Notes: a model not told the origin generated them from the sequence alone. Counted from the whole stretch's first letter, positions 1-12,579 are shown. The stretch: 62,430 nucleotides of DNA, filler included, from Sphacelaria rigidula (GCA_964200075.2; 10 parts of 10 records of this genome joined end to end with filler, not necessarily neighbours in it), one strand, 5' to 3'. Translations and numbers: made by a program.

Positions 1-33
1 CCCCCCCCCCCCCCCACCCCACCCCCCCTATTA

Positions 34-545
34 CCTGGTCCGGCGAAAACTCGGCGTGCTCCGTCCCGGCTTTGTAGGGACGGACCCCCTACGGGGTTGG
101 CGTCGGTTGGCAATGTCGCTGTAAAACACGCCGCTCTCTGCGTAAGCTAGACATCCAGGTTGCCGATTTGTTTCGGGTACTTGCGTTCTTTTTTGCGGTA
201 ACCATGATGGTGGTCGAGCTAGATCATGTTGTGCGAGGTGGGAGAACCTCAATTCTGCGCAAAGTGAGTGATCACACATCGTAGTGTTTAGGTGGTGAGA
301 CATCCATGAGGCAGTGTGTAGCACGTGGCTGTCTCTGGAAGTGGCGAAACCAGAAAATGAAGCAACTCATTGGAGGCTGTCATCCAAATGCAAGAAAATC
401 AGTACGCTTTCGGTCGAAGAATCTCAGCATGATGCAGCTCACTCTTTATGCGACTGTCCGAACACATGACGGCGCTTCGCGCTTGGTGATTGATTGCGAG
501 CCTGGTCCGGCGAAAACCCGGCGTGCTCCGTCCCGGCTTTGTAGG
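34..545 (+). repeat. 45-bp direct repeat pair (34-78 and 501-545)
   Basis: CCTGGTCCGGCGAAAAC(T/C)CGGCGTGCTCCGTCCCGGCTTTGTAGG occurs twice with one mismatch. Confidence 0.9.
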
Positions 546-1257
546 AATGCGCGGTCAATGGTCAGATGACTACGGCATGCAAGATCATAAGTACACCCTA
601 TCTCGTAGTAAAAAGGGTAGGTAGGTACAAGGGTAATGAAGGGAACCAGGGTTCAAATGACAGTCTCGTGGGGGTGGAGGGAAATCAAGGCATGGTAAAG
701 CTTGTGCGGGAAGCGTATACGTATGCGTGTAGTATATTGCGTTGGGCAGCTATTGGTTCTATTTCAATTTTTTTATATAACGAGAACTGACTCTGAAATT
801 TTATGGAGAAACAATGGTAGTGCAGGGATAAGAGGCCACAGTATCGAGAAGGAAAACTGCCGAGATCAACCGGTACCTTGTTCTGTAGTAGTGTGTAACA
901 CTGCAGCTGCGGCGTCCGTCGTCCTCTCCCGTGTAGGGCGCATATCCAACAGTTTTTCAAGCAACGGGCGGTTTTGCGTTCAACAGATTAGATAGTAGTA
1001 TGGCAGTATAAAACCTTCTACTGCACGGCAGAAAAACAGCATCTTGAGCGATGTAGCACGCACAAGTTCCATGCTCTTTAACGGCATTATGGTGGAAGGT
1101 GTGAAGGATCAGCAGCAAGAGGTAGCGTGAGTGCGAGTCAAGAATGATTGGGGGCACGTTTCTCAATGAGGGTTTCGAGTAGCAAGAAGCTTCTGAGTCA
1201 AAACGATGGTGCCAGACGTAGCACCAGCTACATCTACTACAACCCTTCGAGCTATTA

Positions 1258-1301
<44 letters not shown>

Positions 1302-1456
1302 ACCAGAGCCCTCNNNNNNNNNNGCTTCTAAGGTCAAAAGGTGGGTCAAAGCCCAGCCCCACCCCCCCCCTCCACCCCCCCCCTAGCTTTTACCCCCCCC
1401 CCCCCCCCCCCCCCTCCCGCCCCTGACCGCATCTACGGCACCATGTTCTTGGACAG

Positions 1457-1542
1457 GTTAGACAAAAGGAGGCCCACGGCACGTCGCACTTACTAGTGGG
1501 ACACGACCGCACGAAGCTGGAGCTGTTCTGCAAGGTCCTCAA
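1457..1542 (+). CDS. Internal exon A of partial EF-hand protein gene
   Basis: Acceptor ttcttggacag, donor AA|gtgagc. Encodes VRQKEAHGTSHLLVGHDRTKLELFCKVL(N). The phase-2 end matches the phase-2 start of the exon at 2149. Confidence 0.65.
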
Positions 1543-2148
1543 GTGAGCATCCGACGGTTGTGACGTCGAAGACCTCGGTACCATGTTCCCTCAGTATGAT
1601 GTTTACCGTACGCCAGTGTATAGCACGGTCAACAAACCCATCAGGCTGAAGCCGCGATGCGTGTTCTCTTCAGGGACGTGCGTTGTCATCGCGGTGACGC
1701 TTGTGTTATGGCGAGGGTGCCCGTTTGTGTCCATTATATGCTACCGGCTACTTGTACTATTTGTTTTAGCCTTTTTTTGGTTCGTGTATCAGGTCTTCCC
1801 CGCAGTAGTTCCCCTGAGGGTGTCACACAACAAAGGAACCGAAGCACGTCCATCACGCTGAAAGGAAAACTGTACCTTAATTTGGTGGCCCAACAGGCAC
1901 ACACAAACGTATCTTTTCCGAATTCATTCAAAAAGACAGAACCGCTGAAGAAGATGCCACTGTTTTGTTTGTCATTCGATACGATGGTACTGCGAATAGC
2001 AGGAGGACTGAAAATGCAACGCACGTGTGAAAGAAATAAACGAATCAATAAATATATAACAAGCAGTCCAGTTTTGCCCTTCAGCGTGTTGCTCTAACCC
2101 TATGAATAACCCACACGCGAAAAATCAAAATGATCGGCGAGAATACAG

Positions 2149-2278
2149 CCGAGCATTGGGCACGGCGCCCGCAGTGGACGACGTGGTGCTGTGCTCCCGA
2201 AAGTCTGACGAGGCCGGGTATTTCGAGAAAGGATACGAACGCCTGGAGCCTCAGCTGAAGGCTGTCGGCCTGGGAAAG
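2149..2278 (+). CDS. Internal exon B of partial EF-hand protein gene (possible MABP-like repeat)
   Basis: Acceptor atacag, donor AAG|gtgagg. Encodes RALGTAPAVDDVVLCSRKSDEAGYFEKGYERLEPQLKAVGLGK. The phase-0 end joins the exon at 4089. Confidence 0.7.
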
Positions 2279-4088
2279 GTGAGGTGACGGCTAGAGGTTG
2301 GCAACGGCTGATCGCTGTGTTTGTCAGCGCCCGGGTGTTGTGCTCGTAGTCATGGAAACGTTTTCGGTGCCTAGTCCATGGTTTGTCTTCTTCACTCCTA
2401 TTGTTTATATTTTGGGGGGGAGGGACAACACGAGTGGCCCAGAAAATAGTTGAATGATGTTCAGATGAGTCCATGTACTCTTTCACATAGCAGCGAGTCG
2501 TAATATATCTGGTGGAGACCTAGTTTCCCCTTAAATCAGCGCCGGTGCACCAGCTGTTCGTGGGAACAAAATTGAATATATCCATACACACACCCACACA
2601 CACCCACACACACACAGAGAAGGGTTAGGGCGGCTTTCGCCGCCACGCTGAGTGGATCAACAGCCAACACACATGTGGACCGGTCATTTTTGCGTGCGTT
2701 GCGTAATGGCACAGGTCATAGTCCAAAGTGAAGTGTTTTCGCCGTGCGCCTATAGTGCCACATGTCGTCCCCAAGACAGGGTATGAAAAGAAAGGTCATC
2801 GTTGATGTTTTATAACACGCTTTACACCTACAGCCAAACACCCTCCACCATCGGTGGGGACACACCTGGAGACAAAGTTTGCATTGTCCAGATGGACCCT
2901 CCTTGCGGTCTAGGGCCACGAAGCTCATGGCGGTGATGATACCGACCCGACAAAGGAGACCGTTAAGGACCCAGCATCAATTTCACTCGAAAATAATATC
3001 CATGATTCAGATGGACTACCCTTGGGCTACTTGCGAGAGCTTTTTCAGCAGACCAGCGGTGCAGAGCAAAAGCCCCGAACTGAGACCACGAAGCTCACGA
3101 CGGGTGATGATGCCGATTCAAGTGAAAATGATGCTAATTTAATATCTGTAAAAATAGGAACGATGCCGATCCTAACTTCAACAGAAGGGAAATGCGTGCC
3201 AGATCAATACCCGATGCCGATTAAAAAAGTGTGAAGGGCAGAACGCTTGAAAAAAACACAACAGAGATAGTTGGAGCCCTGCCCGGATAGCTCTGGTGAA
3301 ATAGCACGGCGATCGACTAACACATCAAAACACGCTCGAGGTGTTCAGGCCCTACCCCGAACAAAACTAGCATGCTCATCGTAAATTAGCAGTGCTGCAG
3401 CAGCGCTGCAGAGAAAGGAGAGTGAGAGGGAGTACAGTTGAGACGATGGGACATGAGTGCAAGATTTAAACACGCTCGGCGGGTGCAAGTCCTGCCTCTG
3501 GAGGAAGATTGAGTACAATAGAGAGCGGTAGCACGATTGTATCTCGCGTCTTCTGATCGTCAAATAAATATAATGCCGATTAGATTTTCAAGTGAAATCG
3601 ATGCCGATTACACAAATGTAGAACGATCGAGATGGATAACGGTACACCTCACGGTGGCAGGGTCCGCTGGGAGTTGGACACAAGAAATTAGACGGAACGC
3701 ATCGCAACGCCATGGCGTCATGTAGAACGAAGCACGGTGCGGAAAGCTTTCACGAGTAGTACGGTAGATAAGGCTTGATAGCATCTCCCCTCCGATGGTA
3801 ATAACGAGTTCTACCCTCAAATTTGTAGAAAAAGACTCTGCACAACTTGAAAACACCTGGTCACGAAGACAGATGATCTTGGCGAGATCTAAATGCTCTC
3901 CAACTACTCAACGATAAGTGCAACTCCCGCCGAAATCAGCGACAAAATCGAGGACATCGAGCTGAAGACACTATTACGGGAGGGGGATGCTTCTTACGGT
4001 CTCCAGTGGATATTCAACCCACAATATCCAAAGTCATGAGTGGATCGCTGACTTATTGAATGCAAATAATGTTTGTTTGTGCGCGCAG

Positions 4089-4271
4089 GGTTTCCTGTTC
4101 ATCCACCGCAAGACGTTCAAGGGTCGACCCAAGGCTCTGGACGTGGCCAAGTACAGGCTCAAGAGAGAAAAGTGGTTCACCTCCCGGACAGCCATGCTGC
4201 TGGAAAAGTACGCTCTCACAGAGGACGACGTCGTTTCCATCAATCGAATTTTCAACGTCACCGACTTTAAG
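4089..4271 (+). CDS. Internal exon C of partial EF-hand protein gene
   Basis: Acceptor gtttgtttgtgcgcgcag, donor AAG|gtgaaa. Encodes GFLFIHRK...LTEDDVVSINRIFNVTDFK, the helix entering an EF-hand. Phase 0/0. Confidence 0.85.
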
Positions 4272-5063
4272 GTGAAAAAAAAAAGAAGGCAACGTTGCTT
4301 GCGAACGATAGTATCCTTTTTCGGGGTAACGAAAAATGGCCTCGCTGTGGACTGCAAAGAGTATGACAAATATTTGTGTGCTATGGACTGCATCCTTTTT
4401 TGGACATGAGAAATTCGTTTTCTGTCGTGTACACGCCGTGCGATAACAGCTCATCAATACAGAGTCTTTTTTGCAAATGTGAATCGTTGTGTGAGAAGCT
4501 TCCCAGGCCAATAACAGCGACAGGGTGGGACGGGAGGGAGGGGGGAGAGGTCGTCATGATTTCGTGAACTGAACTTTGTCGCTTTCGCATCGTCGGTAAG
4601 TCAATATTGTGATTTCTTTTACGCTACAAAGAGTGAGGAGGAGCACGCACCACGCACTTCTCGTTCATGGTAACCGCCACGGGGAGAATTATTCTGCATT
4701 TTGGAGGGGTTATGCCCACCTTTCATGCGAGCCCGTGTGCTTTTTGAGATTATGTCGATTGTGGTATATGTGTCTCCAAACTTTTTCCACCGTCGACCGC
4801 TTGGTCATCGTATGAAAGAATATTCCCACCGCTGTCCGTCCACGGCATTCCGCTCACCAGTTGCCATCACGCAAGCCCAAAAGATTCACCACCGCTTCAA
4901 GAGCCCGTCTCGTTTCCCCGAGTCTCTGTATCTGTTTGCCTGCCCGTCTGTCTATCTCTGTCGTTTCCTCCGCATCTCCCCCTGCCGCTGTGACTCCATC
5001 CTTGTCTATCTCACTTTCTCTCTCTCTGTTGCTTTTGCATCCTGCGGTGGCACTACCGTCCAG

Positions 5064-5198
5064 AGAGATTCGACGATGGACATATACTCCTTCTTCTCTG
5101 AGATGGGCAAGGCGGAGACGCAGTACGGCCACTGGGTTTTGGCCGCTGTCGGAGCGGGAGGTGACAAGACGAACCTCACTTGGGACGAGTACCTTGAG
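5064..5198 (+). CDS. Internal exon D of partial EF-hand protein gene
   Basis: Long polypyrimidine tract then ccgtccag acceptor, donor GAG|gtaaaa. Encodes RDSTMDIYSFFSEMG...NLTWDEYLE. Splicing creates the EF-like loop DFKRDSTMDIYSF. Confidence 0.85.
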
Positions 5199-5815
5199 GT
5201 AAAAAACGGCATTTGTGGGCAGATGGTGGTGGTGGTGGTGCGTGTGCAGCACGGGGGGTGCCGAACAGCGTGATGAATGTCGAAGTACGCCTCCGCTGGA
5301 GGTTTTCGAGGGGGTTTCTCAGCCCAACAAGAGTAAGGAATAATCGGGATCTGAGAGGTGAAAGTATGTCCTCGCACGTGCCGATAGTATCTCTTGTGAT
5401 GTTGCGTGACGAGCAGCACCGTATGGCGTGCGGACTTCAAGAAAGGAGTGCCTGTTGCCGCGAAGAATAGGCAGTGTCCCACCTTCTTGGTAAAACCGTT
5501 GCTACTGAAAACGATTTCGATTGAGTTGGGTTGAGATCATTCAGTGTAGAAATGCACGCCTGCTGGACGAAGCTCGAATGTATATCAGCGGCGTCCCGGG
5601 TTGTCGTGTTACTCATGCGGTCTGCTCGCACATCCGTCTTCTTCGGCATCTCTCTATATCACAGCGAGCTTCGGCTGCGCTCGACCGCCTCGCGACGGCC
5701 TCATCCGTAAACGTAAGCCTTTGTCCAAGCGGCCTTGCCCAACCCCCCCCCTCCTCTCATGTTACCCCGTCACCCTAAAACATCGTGTTTCATCCCCAAA
5801 CGCGTGGTACTGCAG

Positions 5816-5920
5816 GTGGTGTGCTTCTTCAGCATGTTCAGCCGACACGAGATCCTCCGCTTTGTCTTCGGTACACTCGATCCCACCAGGCGGGGTTATC
5901 TCGACGAAGCAGACTTTCAT
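5816..5920 (+). CDS. Internal exon E of partial EF-hand (calcineurin-B/NCS-like) protein gene
   Basis: Acceptor tactgcag, donor CAT|gtaagg. Encodes VVCFFSMFSRHEILRFVFGTLDPTRRGYLDEADFH, which resembles the L-x-F-x-F-x-x-x-D-x-x-x-x-G-x-I motif of calcineurin-B-like EF-hands. Confidence 0.85.
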
Positions 5921-6154
5921 GTAAGGCCTACATTTCACGCAAAGCCCTACGGCAATCCCAAGCCCTCACGCGTACACTTGCCCCCGCCCCAGCCCTACGT
6001 CTTATTTTACCTTCGATCCAGTGTCGCGTTACGCACGTAGCTATGCTGGGTCGGGGCTAACGGCGGCGCGCCGAGCGCTTATGACTATTCAAGCCTAGTT
6101 GGGGATATAATTTTTCGGGGGGGGGGGGGGGGGGGGGGAGGCTTTTTTTCTTGT

Positions 6155-6254
6155 NNNNNNNNNNNNNNNNNNNNNNNNNNNNNNNNNNNNNNNNNNNNTT
6201 AATTAATTAANNNNNNNNNNNNNNNNNNNNNNNNNNNNNNNNNNNNNNNNNNNN
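6155..6254. other. Artificial contig linker (N44-TTAATTAATTAA-N44), first of nine
   Basis: The same 100-bp linker, with stops in all six frames, recurs at 12409-12508, 18662-18761, 24915-25014, 31168-31267, 37421-37520, 43674-43773, 49927-50026 and 56179-56278. The contigs between them are 6154, 6153 and 6152 bp, i.e. sorted by length. Confidence 0.98.
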
Positions 6255-6631
6255 CCCCCCTCCTCCCCCCCCAAACCGGTCAGGAAACTGTCACCAAAAT
6301 AGTGGTCATAGCGTGCATGATGACTGGTTTCAGACTGCATGAAGCCCCTCATATGGGCGGCATTGGCGAAAGCAATCCCAAACATGTGAACTCCCTCCTT
6401 CTGGGTCTGCTGAGTTTTCGCCATTTTGATGAGCATGTAGACTTTGATTCTTCAAACTAAACTCTTTTCTGGGGGCGGCGGCGGGGGGGGGTCTATCGCG
6501 GCACCACTCCTTAACGCGAAAATCTTTGGGTGTTCGACACATTCGTTGGTCATTTTTGGATGATCAGGTGTTCATTCTTTCTAGTACTATGGACCTTTCA
6601 CGATCGCATGATGTAACTTGATGAAATGCAG

Positions 6632-6776
6632 GTTTTTGCTCAGTTTGCGAATGCAATTATCGGCGTATTCGGATCATGACCAGGTGACCAAGACAAAGAT
6701 GGACCCATCTTGGCAGGCGGTCGGCGATCGTGCGCAGGACCTGGTGGAGGAATGGGCGGATTCGAGCGAGCAGTCA
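6632..6776 (+). CDS. Exon of VHS-domain protein (TOM1-like/STAM/Hrs type)
   Basis: Acceptor aatgcag (an alternative in-frame acceptor lies at about 6683), donor TCA|gtacgt, phase 0. Encodes ...VTKTKMDPSWQAVGDRAQDLVEEWADS, resembling the VHS helix V-x-x-K-I-L-x-L-I-x-x-W-A. Confidence 0.75.
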
Positions 6777-8764
6777 GTACGTTGCTAGTTTTTGGCTTAG
6801 TGTCTGTCGTGTCTTTTGTCTCCCTCTTGTTAATTATCGTTCGTGTTTTCTAACCTATCGTAGAGTACAGTAGATTTTGTCGTTGTCATTCCCGCTTATC
6901 ATGCAGAATATGAAAACTTTGATTGGTCTGGGAGCAGACGTATCATATTAGTTGATATGGTATGATGGGAATTGGTATGGTGTATTTTGCGTCCGCACGC
7001 TGAGGTACCCTAAATGATGAGGTCATGTGGAGTGCGCATTCCTCTAGAGTACCCCAGGTCATGAGTGCCGAAAATACTCCGTCTTCTGCGGAACTGAGGG
7101 CATCGACTGTCCCAGAGTATTGTTTGTCGAAAATCATTAATGCTCGAAGGGTACCTAGGGTGACGATTGCCGAAAATGCTCTGTTTGGATGGTGTCCAGG
7201 GTATCTACACCGCCAGTTACCCGACCCTACTTCGTGCCCTACCCTGCGTTGAGTACCTTTGATGCATTCCCCGTGTGACTACTTCCTCATTCCTCGTACC
7301 GATTTTTTTAGATGGATTTTGACTGCTTGATCAATTGATTGGTTGTTCGATCGTCACGCATTGATTGATTGGTTGATCGATCATCACACATTCATTGATT
7401 TGTTGATCGAATCCAGCCGTGGTCACGAGATCAATGCTCGTAAGGTGAAATAATGGAAACACTCGATCACTCGATCAAACGTAAGCCCGAGAAGGGGGAT
7501 ATGTGGAGAAACATCGAGATGAAAATTTAAACAAAAGAAGCATTCATGTGTGCTTGAGTGAATATATACATGTGTAGGACCGCGCAGGTGGTGATTAAAA
7601 CTCTGGCAAACTAAAGATCTACCGGGACAGAGTTTACTTGAATTAAATTAGCAGGCGAAGTCCGCATCACAAGCCAGATCTCGCACACACAGATAAGGGG
7701 AACCCAAAGTGAATTGAAAGAGGTGTGACTATGGCCGAGCGTTCAAACCTCGGCACTCGCCCGAAATTGACGACCTGTCCAAAACCAGGGGGAGGACGAA
7801 AACATGGGACATATCCTATTTCACTACTTTACCGCAGCAAAAACACACACTCTAGCCCCCTCTCATATGTTGGAGCTTCGACTACCCGTACTGTTGTGGT
7901 GTGTTGACGCATTGCTAAGACGGTTTTGATTGCATGAGCTGCGATATTGTCGTTGTGTTCGTCTCCGCAGAAAACAGTGGTGGTCGGCACGAAGTGCTGG
8001 CTACAAACTGTTGAAAACTTCATGGTGTGTTGACTGTTTCGTCTTCCGTAAAGCGAGTCAGGCGCTGTCCGCTGGTGCGACACTCCTGCTGGTGCTGTGC
8101 GTTGGGGCCGTGTACTGCAATGTAGTATCATGTTGTGTTCAGTGTACTATACTGTACTACTGTATCTATTGTATACTGTAGTGTGTTGAGACATGCTATG
8201 AGATTAGACCGCACGACCACTAGGTTTTCGAGTACTCTTCTGGTAATTCCCAGGTAGAATCGAGCGACCGGATCGGTAGTTTACTATGTAAATTCTGTCC
8301 CGCTGCAAGTTCAGTCTGCCAAATAGGAAGGCACCGAGAGGTTATTGCTGTTTTTTTTTTTCCGTTACACTTTCAATCCCCTTCCTTGATACGAGTCCGT
8401 TGTCTCAAGGGACACCCTTCCCCCGGTACACGCCTCACATTTTCGCATCGCTGATTGCATCAATATTTCCGCGCCGCATCGGCTCTCGCCAAACGCATTT
8501 TAAACGGACCCTTCTTGGCTACTTTCTTGACGCTTTCAAAGACGGGAATCAGGTACTGGGCAGAAATGATCACAACTTTATGCATCTGGAGGGAATTGAA
8601 TGCACATTTTCCTCGACCTGATTGATGGTGAATGTTGTTACCATGAGGCCACCTGCTTGCGATTGTACCGGACGACGAGGGACGCGTCAACCTTCGTTCG
8701 GAATTATAACGCTTAGGGAGTGCATGCACGATACACATTTGCCATGTGCATCACGTTTGCGCAG

Positions 8765-9107
8765 ATGGGTCCCGGAAACCGCTTTGTGCAAGCATACCAT
8801 AGCCTCAAACGCGAGGGAGTCATGTTCCGAGGAACGTCGAGCAGGGCCCTGGCCGGATACACACCCACCGGACACGCGCGTCCCGTAGCCTTCGGAAGCA
8901 CGATGGGAGGGCACGTCCTCGGTGGTGGTGGGGTGTTAGCAGGGGGCCCGAGAGTGCTTTACGACGAGGAGGCGGAGCTTGCTGCTGCCATAGCTAGTAG
9001 TCTGGGAGTCACCAGTGATGGTCGGAACGGGTCGGATAGTGGTGCTGGCGGTGCAGGTGGTGCTGGGGGGGGTGCTGCTTCTTCGATGGAGTTAACCTCT
9101 ACTGCTG
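8765..9107 (+). CDS. Exon with the VHS C-terminal helix and a ubiquitin-interacting motif (UIM)
   Basis: Acceptor tttgcgcag, donor G|gtgagt. FVQAYHSLKREGVMF matches the VHS end motif Y-x-x-L-K-x-x-G-x-x-F. DEEAELAAAIASSL matches the UIM pattern e-e-x-x-L-x-x-A-I-x-x-S-L. Confidence 0.85.
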
Positions 9108-9414
9108 GTGAGTTTTTGTGTTTTGTTTCTTGTTTTTTGCACTTTTTTGGGTCCCGTGTTTCGTTTGTCGTTTCCGTGGTTGACTGGTCCCTCGGGGTGA
9201 CTATTTGATTGATTGGTCGATTGATTGGCTCTTTTATATGCAATGATCCGCTGCGCATCTAGTGGTGGTCATGAGAAAATCGTACTATTATTCCCGACGT
9301 GAACGAATGGAACACTCGTGTAGGTATCTCGAGGACGGGAAATGAATAGAAGAGGAGTGGTGGTTGTCGGGTGGTTTTGCTTTGGTCGGGGATGGAGGAG
9401 GGAGCGAGAGCAGG

Positions 9415-9502
9415 GGGGTGGGGGGGTACTCATTTGTTGCTTGCCCTAGTCGATTGACCACGCATCCCTTTCGAGACGGAGCACCGATCCTACTCCTAAT
9501 AT
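9415..9502 (+). repeat. Dispersed repeat (G-run variant of the MITE end)
   Basis: G-run followed by GTACTCATTTGTTGCTTGCC... is also present at 56113-56178 (+) and 25015-25125 (-). Confidence 0.8.
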
Positions 9503-9849
9503 AGACACCTCCAACATTCCGGCGCTAGGTGTGGGGGTTGTAGGGTGTTGTTACGTGTTAGTTTGATGTTTGTTCGTTGACTACGTCCGATGGTTGTTGA
9601 TTTTTTGTTTCGTCGCGAAGAGATCGGTTATATTTTTTGGTGGGAGAGGGGTGTTACCCAAGTTTGTTTTTTCCTTCATTTTTTTCTGGCGTATTTTCTC
9701 CCCCCCCTCCGAGAGATGGCTGCATTCTTGATCATATATTGGTAGAGGATGGAAGTAGTGAGGAGATGGAAGTATATGTATGCGCAGCGGACGTGAGAAC
9801 TACGGATCACTGCCTGATATGGATTGACAGCCAACAGACGACAGCTACA

Positions 9850-10790
9850 TGAAATAGGCGGGGTAGGAAGTTATACAAATGGAGAAGTGATAGCACTAGA
9901 AATAAAAGAAAACTTCGAGGGTTCCAAGAAGAGATAACCGAGAATGCAGTGAAATGTTTCGAGCTGCTGGAAAGGGTAGGTACAGCTACTACCGAAATAC
10001 AAAGGGATCGGGCAGGAGCGATGATTATAGAAGGATGGAAGCAGTTGGTGAAGACCACAGCATGTAATGTGATCGGGAAGAAAATGATCGTATAAAACAG
10101 AGCAGTGAAATGATGGACCGAAAAAGTAGGAGAGGCTGTAAGAGTAAGGATACAGGCCCACGCAAGATGAACAAGAGGGGGGCCACACTGAGAGCACAGA
10201 ATGATCAACTGGTTGGTAGTTCGAAGGAAAAGAGGGAATTCCCAGCTTCTCGTTGTGCTCGGCCTTTCCCATTTCGATTTACGTGAAGATTTTGCCTCCC
10301 AAAAGTATGCACTTTTTGGGGGGGGGCTATCGTAGAAAGTGTCCATCATCCACTTTATTAGAAGTATTTGTTGATGGCGTGATGATAGCAGTAAAAGCAG
10401 CAAAACAAGGAGTCCATGTGGGGAAGATACCGTATCGGGATTGATGTCGCGGATGATTTCGTGGGGATATCAGAAACATCAGGAGGGGTGCAGAAACAGA
10501 GAAGACTCTAGAATACACTGGAAAGTGGAAAGTGGAAAGTGACAGCGGACGTGAACAAATGCGCGGTACTTGTATGTAACGGAGATGAGGAGAACCCGGT
10601 GGAGTTCAAATGGAAGTGGGGGACGAGAGGAATTGCCGACCGTAGACCAATATGTATACCTTGGCCGAGACATATCATACAACTATTGTTGGGATGTACG
10701 CAATAATACTGTAATATAAAAGGGGACGGTACATAAAGGCAGGATGGACATGATCCTCATGGACTCGCACCTCATGGAACATTTCCAGCG
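9850..10790 (+). pseudogene. Degenerate LINE reverse-transcriptase remnant
   Basis: Frameshifted fragments WKQLVKTTACNVIGKK, VSGLM/ADDFVGISET (RT catalytic motif), VNKCAVLV and LPTVDQYVYLG, with many stops. A MITE end is inserted at about 10275-10343. Confidence 0.85.
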
Positions 10791-12579
10791 ACGAAGTTTC
10801 GATTCAGAAACACGAAAAGTGCAGTTTCTTAAGTACTGGTCCCTAATTATATTTCTGCAGATGTTGAAGAAACTGCGGGAATATTTTTCATGCCCGTGGG
10901 AAGCCGAGGAAGGCGCCTTCTGTCACCTTTTCGCAGCCGTTTTGGGGCCATAAAAATGTTTTTTTTTTTTAATTCCGCCCATTAATCCACACACTTTCGC
11001 ATGTGCACATGAGCTGGCGACAGTCACAATGACTTGTATGGGCTTCATTCAGAGAGGGGAACAATAGCACAGAGGCACGTCCTGTCCAAAGAGAGGGGCA
11101 GAAAGGAGTCAATCTTCCCACTGACTTGTGCGCACGACAAATAAACACGAGCACATCAGCCAAGATGCGGCAAGCCAGACCGCATTTTTGTTCGGGGCTG
11201 TACATCTAAGCGCCTGCTGTTCATGTGCCGACGGATGGGCTGGCAAACGGTGTGTGGTAGTAACCTGATGGCAATCTCTCGACTGATTGAGAATTTTCGA
11301 ACGAAGACAGACAAAGGACATGGGCGAGGAGGTTATTATTTCCGCACATGAGTCCGATCTCTCGAACCCGTGGTCACAGACGTAGGCTCGTCGTTCCAAT
11401 ACCGTCCCTGCTATTCCTTACAAGACATAAGAGCCCCCCCATCATTTGTGCAGAGACTCCAGCCTAATTGGACAAACGTAGTTGACTCAAATACTACCAA
11501 AATGAAAATAAGAAGAGAGATGCCTAGAAAAACACATGTACACCGAATGAATTGGGTGCACCCAGCAACACCTGCTCAGCTTCCACCACAAATAAACGAC
11601 GGGCTGGGCCAGCTGACAGTGAATCTTGAACGTTTCCGCGTCCGGCAGTGCTAAATTTGAGGAGTTGCGGCGCTGAAATTTTGAAACGTCATTTTATCAT
11701 CAATAAGCGCAGCATATCTCGGGATGCCATGAACAAGAAAAAACAGAAAGTTAGAGTGACTTGAAATTCCAGCAAAACCCGGAAAAATGTGACTCCGTGG
11801 GAACAAGGAAAAACGGCGGCATCCACAGAAACATGTCTTGTACGTACTTGCGTGTAGATCTTGGCGAATATCTGGCCAAAAAATCCCAAGATTGGGCCCA
11901 GCCTGGCACTTTTTGTGTGACATCGCTGCGCCCCTGCAATCCAAGCGATGCAGGAGACTCGAGTAATGGAGGTCACGAGTTCAAATCCCGACATATCCTC
12001 TGATTTTCGTTCCGTCGTTGAGGTCATGCGTAATGCAGTACTTTTTTGTTCACCTTTTTCTTTGGCGGCAGAGTTTGCATGACTAGGTTGGTCTGCAGTT
12101 CACAGCGATATGCTTAACTCGTGCTGATTCGGGAAACTTGAGAAGTTGTTGTTTGATGTACGTTTGCAAGATTCACGGCTGGCCCAGCTCGTAGCCGAAA
12201 GTGCTTATCTAGCCCAGGCTATTCCAGGGGAGATATCGAAAGTACAAACACAGATTCAACCTCAAGCGATATTGAACCCCATTTTCGAGGGGACATCCTC
12301 TTAAATGCTTACGCCGATTGTTGTAGTCAAACTCTGGAAATTTGCAAGGCTCCTCTCGGGAATATTCCCGTGATACCGCGGTATTTTTTCTTAATCGACA
12401 TACTGGCCNNNNNNNNNNNNNNNNNNNNNNNNNNNNNNNNNNNNNNNNNNNNTTAATTAATTAANNNNNNNNNNNNNNNNNNNNNNNNNNNNNNNNNNNN
12501 NNNNNNNNCTCACTTAAAGCGAATGATCAAAGCCACTCTCAATCGTATCAACCACTCTCAATCTCACGAAAACACTGTT

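Noticed and set aside
1261..1420. Poly-C tracts or Gly-rich ORF as a functional feature
   Set aside because: These are homopolymer runs at an assembly gap. Similar runs end many of the contigs and their lengths are unreliable.
1457..9107. Linked endosomal module (MABP/EF-hand gene next to VHS-UIM gene)
   Set aside because: The two genes are on different contigs separated by a linker, so their adjacency is accidental.
11340..12000. Additional Pol III/SINE heads (B-box-like motifs at about 11365 and 11978)
   Set aside because: No convincing A box at a suitable distance.
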